A stretch of 64,000 nt of DNA, taken from contig OX597816.1 of NCBI GenBank assembly GCA_951406725.2, positions 71,362,001 to 71,426,000 of the forward strand. The letters run 5' to 3'. The stretch comes from Octopus vulgaris (taxonomy: Eukaryota). A program made the translations under genes and the position numbers. Shown here in pieces: positions 52,276-64,000 of this stretch; position 1 is the first letter of the stretch, and every line of letters starts with the position of its first letter. The notes beneath the pieces were generated by a model. The model saw only the letters and a program-made list of their open reading frames with translations. It did no database searches and was not told the DNA's origin.

Positions 52276-54426
52276 CCACTTTCTGGTGACATTGGTAGGA
52301 TGACCACAAATAGCCAAGATGATCAAAATTTGACCTCATTCAGGTCATTAAGGTGACATGAGTTGAAATCACCAGAAATGGTCATAATGATCAGATATGT
52401 TTTTCATCTTTTCTGTTTTTGTTTATTTTTTTCCAGAAATGAAAATTTTTTTTTCATTTCTTTTCTAGTTATTTTTGTAAAACACAACCTTGAGATCTCT
52501 ACCTTTCAGGTAGAGGTAAATGTGACTATTTTGAATGTAAACTTCATTTCTTTTTAGGGGGTGGGGAGTATGTATATATTTATGTATGTGTGAGTCAATA
52601 TATGTATATGCATATATGCTTGAGTCTATGTACGAATGTATACATGTGTCTATATATGTATGTATGTATGTATGTATGCATCTTATGTGTATGTTAGTGT
52701 ATATGTATGTACATTGAACATGCATTATATCAGTATGTATGTCTCTAATAATAATAATAATCTTTTCTACTATAGGCACAAGGCCTGAAATCTGGGAGGA
52801 AGGGGAAATCAATTGTATTGATCCTGGTAAACAACTGGTACTTAATTTATCGACCCTGGATAATAATAATGGTTTCTAATTAAGGTGCAAGGCCAGCAAT
52901 CTTGAGGAGAAAGGATGGAGTTGACTGGTTCTTCATTTTATTGACTCTAAATGAATGAAAGGCAAGGTCAACCTTACTGAGATTTGAACTCAGTAATTAA
53001 AGAGTAGCAACTCAATACAACATGGCATTTTGGTCAACACTCCTAAGAATTCTGCCAATCCAATATGAAAACTAAAACCACCCCCATCTCATGTAATATG
53101 ATGGTGGCTGTATAACATCGAAGATGAGGAAAAAAATAATTAAATTTAATTTCTGATTGTGTAATGTTTATTATCATTATAAATATTGTTTTTGTTATGG
53201 TGGTGTAATTACCGATATGAAAATATTTTCTAAAATATAGACACAAGGCCAGAAATATGAGGAAGGGTTTGGATTGGATTGGATTGCCCATGTTCAGGCC
53301 ACTGCAGGATGAGGGCCTCAGCATCTCCACTAATCATGGTCTGATGTGGAGGCCATGAATTTGAGCTCAAGACCATAATGGTTCGATGATCCTACTCTGC
53401 CAATCCTGGCTTAACATAGCTTGACAGAGGGATGCAGTTTTTTTAAAACTTACCCAGGTATAATTGATTACGTGGACCCCAGTGCACAACTGGCATTCAT
53501 TTTATTGACCCCAAAATAAAGGGGTTAATTGCTGAAATTGACCTCAGTATTAGACTGGTACTTTAATTTATGTCTCTGAGAAAGATGAAAAGCACAGTTG
53601 ACCCTTGTGGGATTTGAACTCAGAATATAAACAACTGGCAAAGAAAATACCACTAGGTATTTTATTTAACTCTAACAATACTGGCCATCCTAATGATAAC
53701 GAAAATAATAGTATCTGCAAGAAGCCATTATTATTATTATCATTATATAATCAATACTTTTATTGAGGTCAAAAGAATTCATAAACTTTCGAGAGAATGT
53801 GGAATAATTCCTGTTTGGAATGGTGAATCTTGAAACAGATAAAGCTATAAATAATAGCACATGAATATTGGGTTAAAAAACCCTTTGGATGGAAAAAAGT
53901 CAATGGTTGCCTGTTGGGCATGAACCAAAATCTCCTCTAAACATAGCAGATGTTCTACCATTGGATCAAAACAATCCTTTGAATTTCTCAATTGTGAAAA
54001 TTGCTTTGTGGTATTTGATCTAGTTTTTTACATTCTGAGTTCAAATCCCGCTGAGATCAATTTTGCCTTTCATCTCTCTAAGGGTCAATAAAAATAAAGT
54101 ACCAGTTGGGAGCTGATGGTATCATCTAACATCCTGGCCTCAAAATTGTTGGCCGTGCACTCAAATTAAGAACAATTATTATTATTATTATGATTATTAT
54201 TACAGATACTAAAGTATAGGGGACTGGCTGAAATGCTAGGGTGTAAGGAAAAATATTTTGTGGGATTTGTTTCAGATCTTTACATTCTGAGTTCAAACCC
54301 TTCCAAGGTCAGCTTTGCCTTTCGTCCCACTGGGGTTGATGAAATAAGAACCAATCAAACACTGGGATCGATGTAATTGATGACTCCGCTCCCAGCAAAT
54401 TTCAGGCCTTATACCTATAATATAAC

Positions 54427-54463
<37 letters not shown>

Positions 54464-54736
54464 TACAACTTCAGCCATTATAACTACAACTACTTCTATT
54501 TATTATTAACTGATAAAGATAAAAATGATTATAAAAAAACTAATATTATTATTATCTTTTTTCTTATATATTTCTATGTTTAACATACCTCCCATCACTG
54601 ATTTACTAAAAAGAAACACATACATACACATACATAAACATACATGTTTATATGTATGTAATGTATGTACAGATGTATACATACATACACACACATACAC
54701 TTATATATATATATGTAGGCATGCATGTATGTGTGT

Positions 54737-54789
<53 letters not shown>

Positions 54790-55601
54790 AATACATGTAC
54801 ATATGTATGCATGTATTTATGAATGTTTAAAGATAAAAGGTGTCATTCTTACCACAAAGAAATAGAACTTAGAAAAATATTATAAATATACTTTTAAACT
54901 ATATATATTGTTAAGATTTGATTGTTTAAAATGTTTTTTTGTTTTTGTTATCATTGTTTTTCTTTTTTACCAAATGCAATAATTAAATCATTGATATTGT
55001 TGTTGTTTTTGTTGCTGTTGTACATGTTCTGAAGTTTTTGCTGCAATTGTAAATTGTGCATTTAATTACTCTTTGTAGTACTTCTTGTAGTTATTATTGT
55101 TGTTTTTTTCTTCTTGTTGTTGTATTGTTACTGTTTTTTGTTATAGCAATAGCTTTGAACACATTTTAGTTAAAAAGACGAGGGAAAAAAAAAACAAAAA
55201 ATAGAAAGAAACTGAAAAAAAAATTAGATGCAAAAAAAAAATTCATTTTCTTCAATAATCTTTTCCATTTTGTCTGTCTGTTTATCTGTGTCTCATGATA
55301 AACAAAAAGAATAAAATGTTTATATTATAATTGTCTTTTTTTAAAGATTTTTTTTTAATGCTTCAGAATGGTCAGTCTGTGTTTAAATACCCAAGAAGTG
55401 GGCAAAATTGAAATCAGAATTGATCCTTTTATATAGTGATTTTTGATCTACCACCTGTGTTGAGTTGTTGTATTTGTAAAATGGTTGTTGGTTTTTATCA
55501 CTTACCAACTCAAACTTAAATACATGTGTGAGTGTTTGTGTTTGTTGTGTGTGTATTTAGGTGTGTATATAAGGATGATGAAATATTGAGGTGATTAAAG
55601 G

Positions 55602-55641
<40 letters not shown>

Positions 55642-56249
55642 AGAATTAACTGCCTAACATGATAGATAGATAGATAAATATAGATAGATAGAGATAGATA
55701 GATAGATAAGAAGAGAGAGATAGGAAGAGAGAGAAAGGCAAACAGACAGGCAGATAGACAGACAGGTAGATAAGATCTTTAACTAACGTCCATCAAATTA
55801 CCATAGGGCTTTCAACCAATAAGAGTGGTCTGATTTTTATTTTCTTTTGTATTTTTTGTATTTTTGATATTATATATTATTGTATTTGAGCAAATATTTA
55901 GATGGTGGTAGTCGTGGTGACAGAGGTAATGGTGGTGATGTAAGTAGTTGTGGTGGTAGTGGTGGTGGTGATGTTAGTCGTGGTGGTAGTGTCATGAAAA
56001 ATAAATCCTTTCAAACCATCAAGTGAAGCTCAAATTAGGTGTAAAAGTCTGTAATGATTCTAAAAATATAGAAAGAAAAAAAAAATAAAAGGATAAAAAA
56101 AAAATGAAATAAAAATCAACCATACACACAGAGAAAAAAATATGTATTTGATTTGATTATTGGTTTCCAATTATTTCTCCCAAAGAAATTGTGTCAATAT
56201 TAAAGAGTGTGTGTGTGTGTATGTGCATGTTCATGTAATAACGTCTGTG

Positions 56250-56287
<38 letters not shown>

Positions 56288-56364
56288 AGTGTTAATATGT
56301 GGTATGTGTAAGCTAGCGTGAGTTTTCATTCACGTTTTGGTGCCTCTTTGATGAATGGGTACAT

Positions 56365-56556
56365 TCACATGTGAGTGCTACCCTGGGTTGGAGAGCCACG
56401 GCGATAATGTTCAACAACATGTGATAGATCCCTTTGGAATGTATCTTGGGGTCTATGAGTCCGATGCTTGTGGTTGCTTTCGTCGGCAAACAGCGGGACA
56501 TGTACACGAGGAATATGGAAGCCAGAACCACCAAACAGTGGATCATACCTCATGTT
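56365..56556 (-). CDS. Terminal coding exon of the PLPP/PLPPR-like gene (cytoplasmic tail ending ...GSPTQGSTHM*)
   Basis: Polypyrimidine acceptor tctttctttctgatttttccacag, phase 0, in frame with the previous exon (NMRYDPLFGGSGFHIPRVHVP...STHM-TGA). It is GC-richer than its flanks and is followed by SINE-free, UTR-like sequence down to about 54.8 kb. Confidence 0.8.
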   Translation of the reverse strand, partial: NMRYDPLFGGSGFHIPRVHVPLFADESNHKHRTHRPQDTFQRDLSHVVEHYRRGSPTQGSTHM

Positions 56557-56865
56557 CTGTGGAAAAATCAGAAAGAAAGAGATAGAGATAAATATATATA
56601 CACTTCTTTACTACCCATAAGGGGCTAAACATAGAGGGGACAAACAAAGACAGACAAAGGGATTAAGTCGATTACATCGACCCCAGTGCATAACTGGTAC
56701 TTAATTTATCGACCCCGAAAGGATGAAAGGCAAAGTTGACCTCGGCGGAATTTGAACTCAGAACGTAACGACAGATGAAATACTGCTAAGCATTTCGCCC
56801 GGCGCGCTAACGTTTCTGCCAGCTCGCCACCTTAGATAAAGATAAATATATATATACAAATATGC

Positions 56866-57086
56866 AAATATTTTATCAACTTAAAGCTTATAAGCAATCA
56901 TTGTGCATTGACTAAGGTAAATGGTCTAATATTGAGGCACATTAGTCCTTGACGGAAAAAAATAGGGTTGTCTGTATGTGTGGGGCCCTACATTTTTGTG
57001 TCGAAGGCTTATATGCTCCAATATTAGATTATTTATCATAGTCAATGCACGGTGATCACTTATAAGCTTTAAGCTTATAAAATATT
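56866..57086. repeat. Imperfect foldback/MITE-like palindrome in the last intron
   Basis: CTTAAAGCTTATAAG..TGCATTGACTA pairs with TAGTCAATGCA..CTTATAAGCTTTAAG. Confidence 0.65.
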
Positions 57087-57448
57087 ATTATTTACAAAAA
57101 TCAATACTGCTCACCAAAAATCACATACATATGCAAATGCATATATATATAATACATACAATGTGATATATAAAAATAGTTTCAAATTTAAGCACAGGGC
57201 TAGCAATTTTGAGTGGTGTGAGGTTGGTATCATCAACCCTAGTGACAGGTATTTTATTTTATCAATCCCCAAAAGATGAAAGGCCAAGTCAACTTCATTG
57301 AGATTTGATAAAATGAGTAATAAAAACAATAATCAATGTTGAGTGAAGGAGAAAAGTGTTCACAGCTCTCCTCTTGTCTACAGAAAAATCAAACAGTCTT
57401 TTCCCCAATCATTTTGAATTTTAAACTGGCCACATCTGACTCAAATAT

Positions 57449-57559
57449 CCATGCACACAGAGAAAAAAATATGTATTTGATTTGATTATTGGTTTCCAAT
57501 TATTTCTCCCAAAGAAACTGTGTCAATATTAAAGAGTGTGTGTATGTGCATGTAATAAC

Positions 57560-57638
<79 letters not shown>

Positions 57639-57805
57639 TGTGTGTGTGTGATTGAGTTTGTGAGTGTTAATATGTGGTATGTGTAAGCTAGCGTGAGTTT
57701 TCATTCATGTTTCGGTGCCTCTTTGATGAATGTGTACATTCACATGTGAGTGCTACCCTGGGTTGGAGAGCCACGGCGATAATGTTCAAAAACATGTGAT
57801 GGATC
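57449..57805 (-). repeat. Local duplicate of the end of the terminal exon plus proximal 3' UTR (source 56119-56430)
   Basis: Near-identical sequence including ...RRGSPTQGSTHM*, embedded within a MITE. Confidence 0.9.
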
Positions 57806-58949
57806 AGCTTTTCATACCTACCCTACAATGTTATTCTAAAAATAACCAATCACATCATCTAAACCTCAAAGCTACAAGGTAATGTACGATGAATCCAAAA
57901 CAATGCTAACAAGCATTTCATTTGAAAGAGTAATTTGGCAGCTAAAGATTTAATGATATATTAATTCAAGAAAATCTCCCTCTGTCATTCAGAGACAGTC
58001 ATAATTGCTTAGTATTTGCTTAGCATGTCTCAAAGCGAAAATAATTCCAAAGAACCAAAAGTTTATTGTGTATGGTATTTAGTACACCTTTCTTTATCTT
58101 TGTCATCCAAATGCAAGCCATTGGTCACATTGAGTTATTTCTCTTAGCTCATTTCCATTTTAATGGGAAGGGTATGCATATGCCACAAATAGGTATCATT
58201 CCTTTTCTAGCTTCTTACTCTACTTTGATAAAGGGTGTGCCTAAAACATCAGTCTATTTTTTTTCAGATGGAGTTTATTTGATGCAAATTTTCTATGGCC
58301 ATATGCCCTTTCTGTCACCAATCCTCACCTGTTTCCAAGTAAGGTATTATTTCTCCCATGGCCAAACATGTTTTCACAGAATATTGGAAATGAATGACAC
58401 TGCTTGTATGACAGGGATACTCATTTACAACTACCACACAATGCCAATATGTGGAAATACAAAGACACAGAAATGTGTACGTATTTATATATATATATAT
58501 ATATATTCTTTTACTTGCTTCAATCATTTGACTGCAGCCATGCTGAAACAATATATACACACATATATATATTATATATACACACATACATATATAATGT
58601 GTGAATTGTAGGTACTTGGGGTAAATCACAACTGTTTCGTCTTGAAGCACATCTGCTTATTCTATTATTATAATTAATATATATTCATAGTTGCTGTTGT
58701 ATGTTAATCAAACAACATATTAGAATTAAGAATTATGAAAATATTATTTGCAGAGTTACTGTATAACAAAACAGGGAAGTGAAAATGTTTTGGTATCATT
58801 TAGTCTCCAGTACATGTGTTTCATTTACTAATAAGAATCACAAAGGTTTACATGTCTATCTAACATGTAAATCTTTGTAATTCCTATCAGTAAATGAAAC
58901 ATGTGTAATGTAGAATAAATAATACCAAAACGTTTCTATTTTCCCCTTC

Positions 58950-60200
58950 ACCTACCACTCCACCTCTCTACCTCTCCAATGCACCATTCTCCGAGCCTTC
59001 CGGTGACTTCAGTGCGACTCCTCCACATCGCACATCTTCCCTGACCACCCCTCCCCTCCTTCAAGTGAGCTCACAACCTACGAGACCTCTTGGTTCACAG
59101 CTTCTTTCCTAACCCAACCTCCCAGCCTTGCTCGTTCCTCTGCTCCTACCCATGCTGCCACACTTGCCCTTACCTCTCCAGCACCACCCTCCTCACTTGC
59201 ACCCATCATCAACCCTATCAGATCACCGAGTCCTTCACCGGCACTTCTACCAATGTCATCTACTGCATCTCGTGCTCTCTCTCTCTGCCATTCTCAATAC
59301 ATTGCGCAAATGGGATGCCATTTGGCTGACTGGTTTGCAGAACACCTCCAAGACATCCAACTCAGGAATGACACCTTGGTCTCGCACCATTTCCGCTCTA
59401 CCAGTCACTCTTTGCAACACCTGTCTGTGTTTGGATTGTCCCTGCACAGGGGCTATCCGGACTCCCGTCTTCGCCATGAACAGGGATTAATCTTCTCTCT
59501 TCACTCCTTTGCGCCACATGGGCTCAACTCTCCTCCCCTCTCTTCTCACACCTACTTCTTTCTACCCACCTCTCCTCTCTTGCCCCAACTCCTACCCTCC
59601 TTCTCTTCGCTCCTACCACCTTCTCCTTTCCCCCTCTCCTTTCATCGTCACTCCTCCCTCGTAACTCCACCCCTACACAATCCAATCCCACCTTCCCTAT
59701 CCATCCCATCCCACCTTATCCCTTACACCCACTCTCACATACCCTACCTGTACCCCCGCCCTTGCTTTCCACACATCTCAGCACCACCACACCACACACC
59801 ACCATAACACATCACACCACCATGCACACACTAGCACTGACCACTTCCCAGCACCCACACCATCATCCCCACACCTACACGTGCACACACACACATACAT
59901 ACTCTCTTATACACATGCACGTGCACCTTCATTTTGGGATCATTACTACTTTATTATCTCCCCTTCTTTCTAGCTCTCCTGTGTGACCCCTCTGTCCGGC
60001 ATTTGCCATGATAGATCGCTAGCCACAACACATTCATTATTTTCTCTCCTTGTTTCTTTCTGTGTTCCTTTCTGTGGAAGAGCGTAGGCTCGAAACGTTA
60101 AAGACTTTTTCAGTTCCTGAGCGTTAAACTAATATATTTGTTTGTTGTCTACACCACCTGTCTTCATCTTTTGTTTTTTTGTGTATCTTCCCTATACATA
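58950..60200 (+). mobile_element. Penelope-like retroelement 3' fragment (GIY-YIG endonuclease remnant plus terminal-repeat sequence), antisense in the gene's last intron
   Basis: Frameshifted ...CCHTCPY...FTGTSTNVIYCISCSL / YIAQMGCHLADWFAEHL...VSHHF...RLRHEQGLIFSLHSFAPHGLN; hammerhead-like motif at 60068-60103. Confidence 0.85.
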
Positions 60201-60410
60201 TACATATATGATAGGCTTATTTCAGTTTTCATCTACAAAATCTACTCACAAGACTTTGGTTGGCTTACAGCTATAGTAGAAGACACTTGCCCAAGGAGAC
60301 ACAGTGGAACTAAACTTAGGACCAAGTGGTTGGGAGAAGCATGCTTCTTACCAAAAATCCACGCCTGCACCCATATGAGAAATAAATATTGTAATGTTCT
60401 GGAAACTTAC

Positions 60411-60518
60411 CCCTGGACGTCCAGATGACCCTCCATGTTGCAACAAATATGTTTTCAGTGCTCGGAGCAGTTTTTTGTCCAATGTGTGTTCACTGAAATT
60501 ATGTAGCACAAATCCACC
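60411..60518 (-). CDS. Penultimate coding exon of the same PLPP/PLPPR-like gene (not in the ORF track)
   Basis: Acceptor ttttgttgtcttctag and donor GGG|gtaagt; 108 nt, phase 0/0. Translates to GGFVLHNFSEHTLDKKLLRALKTYLLQHGGSSGRPG; 'VLHNF' matches the V-x-x-NF seen after TM6 in PLPPR proteins. Confidence 0.82.
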
Positions 60519-60673
60519 CTAGAAGACAACAAAAATATATACATTCAAATTACTGACAGTCATTAGTCTGTTTTCTCAAGAAAATGTTGTAATTAATTCA
60601 TTTGGTTGGAATCATCATCGTTATTTTATAATAATTACAGATTTTAAAATTATACTTACCACACAGTCACTCC

Positions 60674-60724
<51 letters not shown>

Positions 60725-60731
<7 letters not shown>

Positions 60732-61130
60732 GACAATGTTATATGGTGCAGAGATGTGGGGACTGAGAAAGGTGGAAAGGAGTCGATGAAATGTGTTTGA
60801 TATGAGATGTTTGAAAGCTATGGTTGGTGTGACATGGATGGACAGGATGGGGAATGAGGAGGTGTGAAGATGAGCATGAATAAGAGAAAAACTAACAACC
60901 AAAATGGATAAACAAATGTTGAGGTGGTTTGGCCACAAGGAGAGGATGGTCAGGAGGATGATGAAGGCAGAAGTGGTAGGCAGCAGAACCAGAGACAGAC
61001 CATGGTTTATGTGGATGGATGGAGTGAGGAAATCTTAGTTGATTAGAAGTGTTAGAGTGAGAGAGGCAAGAGAGTTTATAAATGATAGGAAAGCTTGGAG
61101 AGTGTTTGTGGGTGGATGAGTGAATTTTGA
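60725..61130 (+). mobile_element. RTE-type LINE 3' fragment in an intron
   Basis: MLYGAEMWGLRK...FDMRCLKAMVGVTWMDRMGNEEV...MLRWFGH.ERM...RPWFMWMDGV, with stop codons. Confidence 0.8.
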
Positions 61131-61425
61131 TGTTGCTCAAAGGGGTATGAAACCAGCATAATGCAGTGGTGGTAAACCAGCATATGCTGTCGGGCCCCAT
61201 TGCTGATATTGGGGGTTGTGTTCTGTGCCTTGACCCGAGCATAGAACAGGGCTCGCCTCTTTGAGCTGGGAAATGAATGAAATGCCTGGGGATATAAAAA
61301 CTTATAATGACCCACCCAAGATACAACAAAATGTTTCAACACACAAGCTCACATCAAGAATCATGCAAACCAAATCAAATACAAAAACGAAATAATAATA
61401 GTCTATAATTTGTATTGTTTCTTAC

Positions 61426-61602
61426 CAGGTAGGCAGCCATGAGAACACCCATTCCAAAGCCAGCAACGACATCTGTCCAGTAACTTCGGAACAGTCCAAT
61501 TTCTACCAATCCACAAAGTAGAGACATCATACAGAATATCATGGCCAAGAATACTCGTACAAGTTTTAAGGTGTGGGTGCCAACACCATAATGTATATAG
61601 AT
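61426..61602 (-). CDS. Internal coding exon of a PAP2/lipid phosphate phosphatase-family (phospholipid phosphatase-related, PLPPR/PLPP-like) membrane protein, covering TM5-C3 motif-TM6
   Basis: Acceptor ttttgttccgtttcag and donor CTG|gtaag; 177 nt, phase 0/0. Translates to IYIHYGVGTHTLKLVRVFLAMIFCMMSLLCGLVEIGLFRSYWTDVVAGFGMGVLMAAYL, which aligns by eye to the LPP C3 region (GLSRVSDYKHHWSDVLTG). Confidence 0.88.
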
Positions 61603-64000
61603 CTGAAACGGAACAAAATATACCAATATTAAGTGGAATCAGAAAAACAAAATATACCATCTATATAATTAAAAACTAAGCACTGGGATTGATTTGTTCC
61701 ACTAAATCCTTCAAGGCTCCAGTATGACTGCAATCCAATGATTGAAGTAAGATAAAAAAAATTAAGGAATTTACAGTATAAAAGACTATTCCAAAGTCTT
61801 CATGGCAACGGCTGAATTTCCAAAGCCATGGTGTACCACAAGTGTTGAAACAGTGTGTTTTCTGGGTAATGTAACTGGGAGACTTAAATATCGTTTTATT
61901 AAATGGAAATTGTAGTTGATCAATGGAAATTGTAGTTCTGATCCCTGTGCCAGTGGCACGTAAAGAGCACCATCTGTACATGGCTGATGCCAGCACCAAC
62001 TTGACTGGCTTCTCTGCCGGTGGCACATAAAAAGCACCAACCGATCGTGGCCGTTGCCAGCCTCCCCTACACTCACGGAGTGGTTGGTTTTAGGAAGAGC
62101 ATCCAGCTGTAGAAACACTGCCAGATCAGACTGGAGCCTGGTGCAACCTTCTGACTTCCCAGATTCCGGTTGAACCATCCAACCCATGCTAGCATAGAAA
62201 ACGGATGTTAAACGATGATGATGATGATGATACTACAGCCAATCATTAATCATAAGTGAGTGAAATTTAGTAACATGAATTATCATCATCATCATCGTTT
62301 AACATCCACTTTCCATGCTGCCATGGGCTGGACGGTTTGACTGAGGGCTGGCAAGCCAGAAGGCTGCACCGGACTCCAATCTGATCTGGCAAAGTTTCTA
62401 CAGCTGGATGCCTTTCCTAATGCCAACCACTCTGAGAGTGTAGTGGGTGCTTTTTACATGCCACTGACATGAGGGCCAGCTAGGTGGTACTGGCATCGTT
62501 TTTCTAATTCTTTTAGGGGTCTATGTAGTCACAAACAGAAATAGATACCTTCTTAGCTCCTTAACCTGCCCTTAATCCTGCAGCACATCAAGGATGTGGC
62601 AGTTGGAGGGAGAGCGAGTGCATCAGTACATAGTTGGTACTCATTCACATCTGAGCATATTGTAGCAATATGAAGTGAAGTACCTTGCTCAATGATACAA
62701 TCAATTGTCTAGTGCAAGAATTGAACTCATGACATTATGGATCATGAGTCAAATTCCCTATCTACTAAGCTATGTGCCTTAACCAGAGAATGATATTAAA
62801 TATAAGCACCAACTTAATCTTTTAATTTTGAATGATTAATTCAGAAGTGGAAGCAAAGTGGCCAAAATTCTTTCCGGGGTTTCCAGTGTTGCTGGGAGTG
62901 GGAAAGGAAGCCTGGTCTAAATATTTGCAACATCAGGAACACAGCTAAAGGCACCAAAGGATCAGGTAGGGATGTTAAACTAACATCCTGTGAACCCTTT
63001 GTGAATGATTTTTATCTAATGATGAATTAGATAATAGAATTCCAGTTAGGCATCCAATTTTTCTCAGAACTTTGTCACTCTAGAAGGCATCCAGCAGTAG
63101 AAACTATGCTGAAGCAGATACTGGAGTGTTATGTGATCCTTAGACCCATCGCGTCCTGTCAAACTGTTTAACTCGTGCCAGGACAGGACAAGAACACTAA
63201 ATGATGATGAAGTCATTTCTCCAGAGGTTTAACTCATTAACAATCAGAAGCACAATAAAATATGTAATCACTATTACTCTTACAAGTAGTAGTAGTAGTA
63301 GTAGTAGTAGGGGAAGTGGTGGTAGTAGTACTAGTTGTGGTGGTTTTCATTGCAATAGTCACTATACCATCATTGAGCATCGGTGCCAGAAACATTGAAC
63401 ATCGAAAACATCATCAAAAAGTTTACAGTAGTAGTAGTAGTAGCAGCAGCAGTAGTAGTAGTAGTTGTAGTAGTAGTAGTAAGTATAGACCTCTATCAGC
63501 ATCTTTTAGACAGCAGTTCACTTATTGGCAGTGAAGTTTACTGGTAACGTGTAGTTAGTCACGTGCACAAAGACCCAATTTTTGAGCACTCGTAAGGTGT
63601 AAAGTTGCATAGATGAATAAGAAAAAGAAGAAAAAAAAGGGGGGGAAAGAAAAGCAACCCCCACCACCCAAAGAAAGCGACAAGATACTGTTTTGTTACG
63701 GAAGTAGGTGACTAAATGGTGTAGTCTTTTTGACTGTAGCTATGTTAGTAGTGTCAAAGTTAAATTGGTTCATTTTACCTATTAAACAGAAATAGGAAGA
63801 AAAAACATAAAAATCAAAATCTTCCTTCTAACGTATTGATCTTTCAAACTGATATTGATTTTAACTGCCATAGATGACTCACATATCAAATTCAAAACAC
63901 AAAAATAAAACTGAAGCTGTAACTGTTTCTGAAAGCACATGAAATTATTCTTAGATAGAAACAAGAGCCGGCAGTCAACTGGGGGTAAATCTAGAGTTAA

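Noticed and set aside
56313-56628. Alternative overlapping ORFs around the terminal exon
   Set aside because: Only the 56365-56556 minus frame fits the phase-0 acceptor and the upstream exons.
62840-64000. Search for the upstream PAP2 exon (C2 SFPSxH motif)
   Set aside because: No convincing exon was found; it is probably outside the window.

Overview
AT-rich, repeat-dense animal genomic DNA. The SINE families look like those of an Octopus genome, which is an inference from repeat recognition. One protein-coding gene is well supported: the last three coding exons (minus strand 61426-61602, 60411-60518, 56365-56556) of a PAP2/lipid-phosphate-phosphatase-family protein. Its catalytic C3 motif is degenerate (PLPPR-like pseudophosphatase), and I did not find its 5' exons, which probably lie beyond the window. 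The rest is intergenic or intronic: several tRNA-derived SINE families, RTE-type LINE fragments, a Penelope GIY-YIG fragment, Tc1/mariner remnants, MITEs, and mini- and microsatellites. Two signals stand out. First, there are six loci with type-I hammerhead-ribozyme motifs in different carrier elements, including a rod-like foldback capped by a hammerhead, a G3:C8 core-swapped variant, and a tRNA-headed SINE with a hammerhead tail. Second, there are several short local templated duplications, most of them inserted inside older repeats. All repeat coordinates were read by eye and are approximate.
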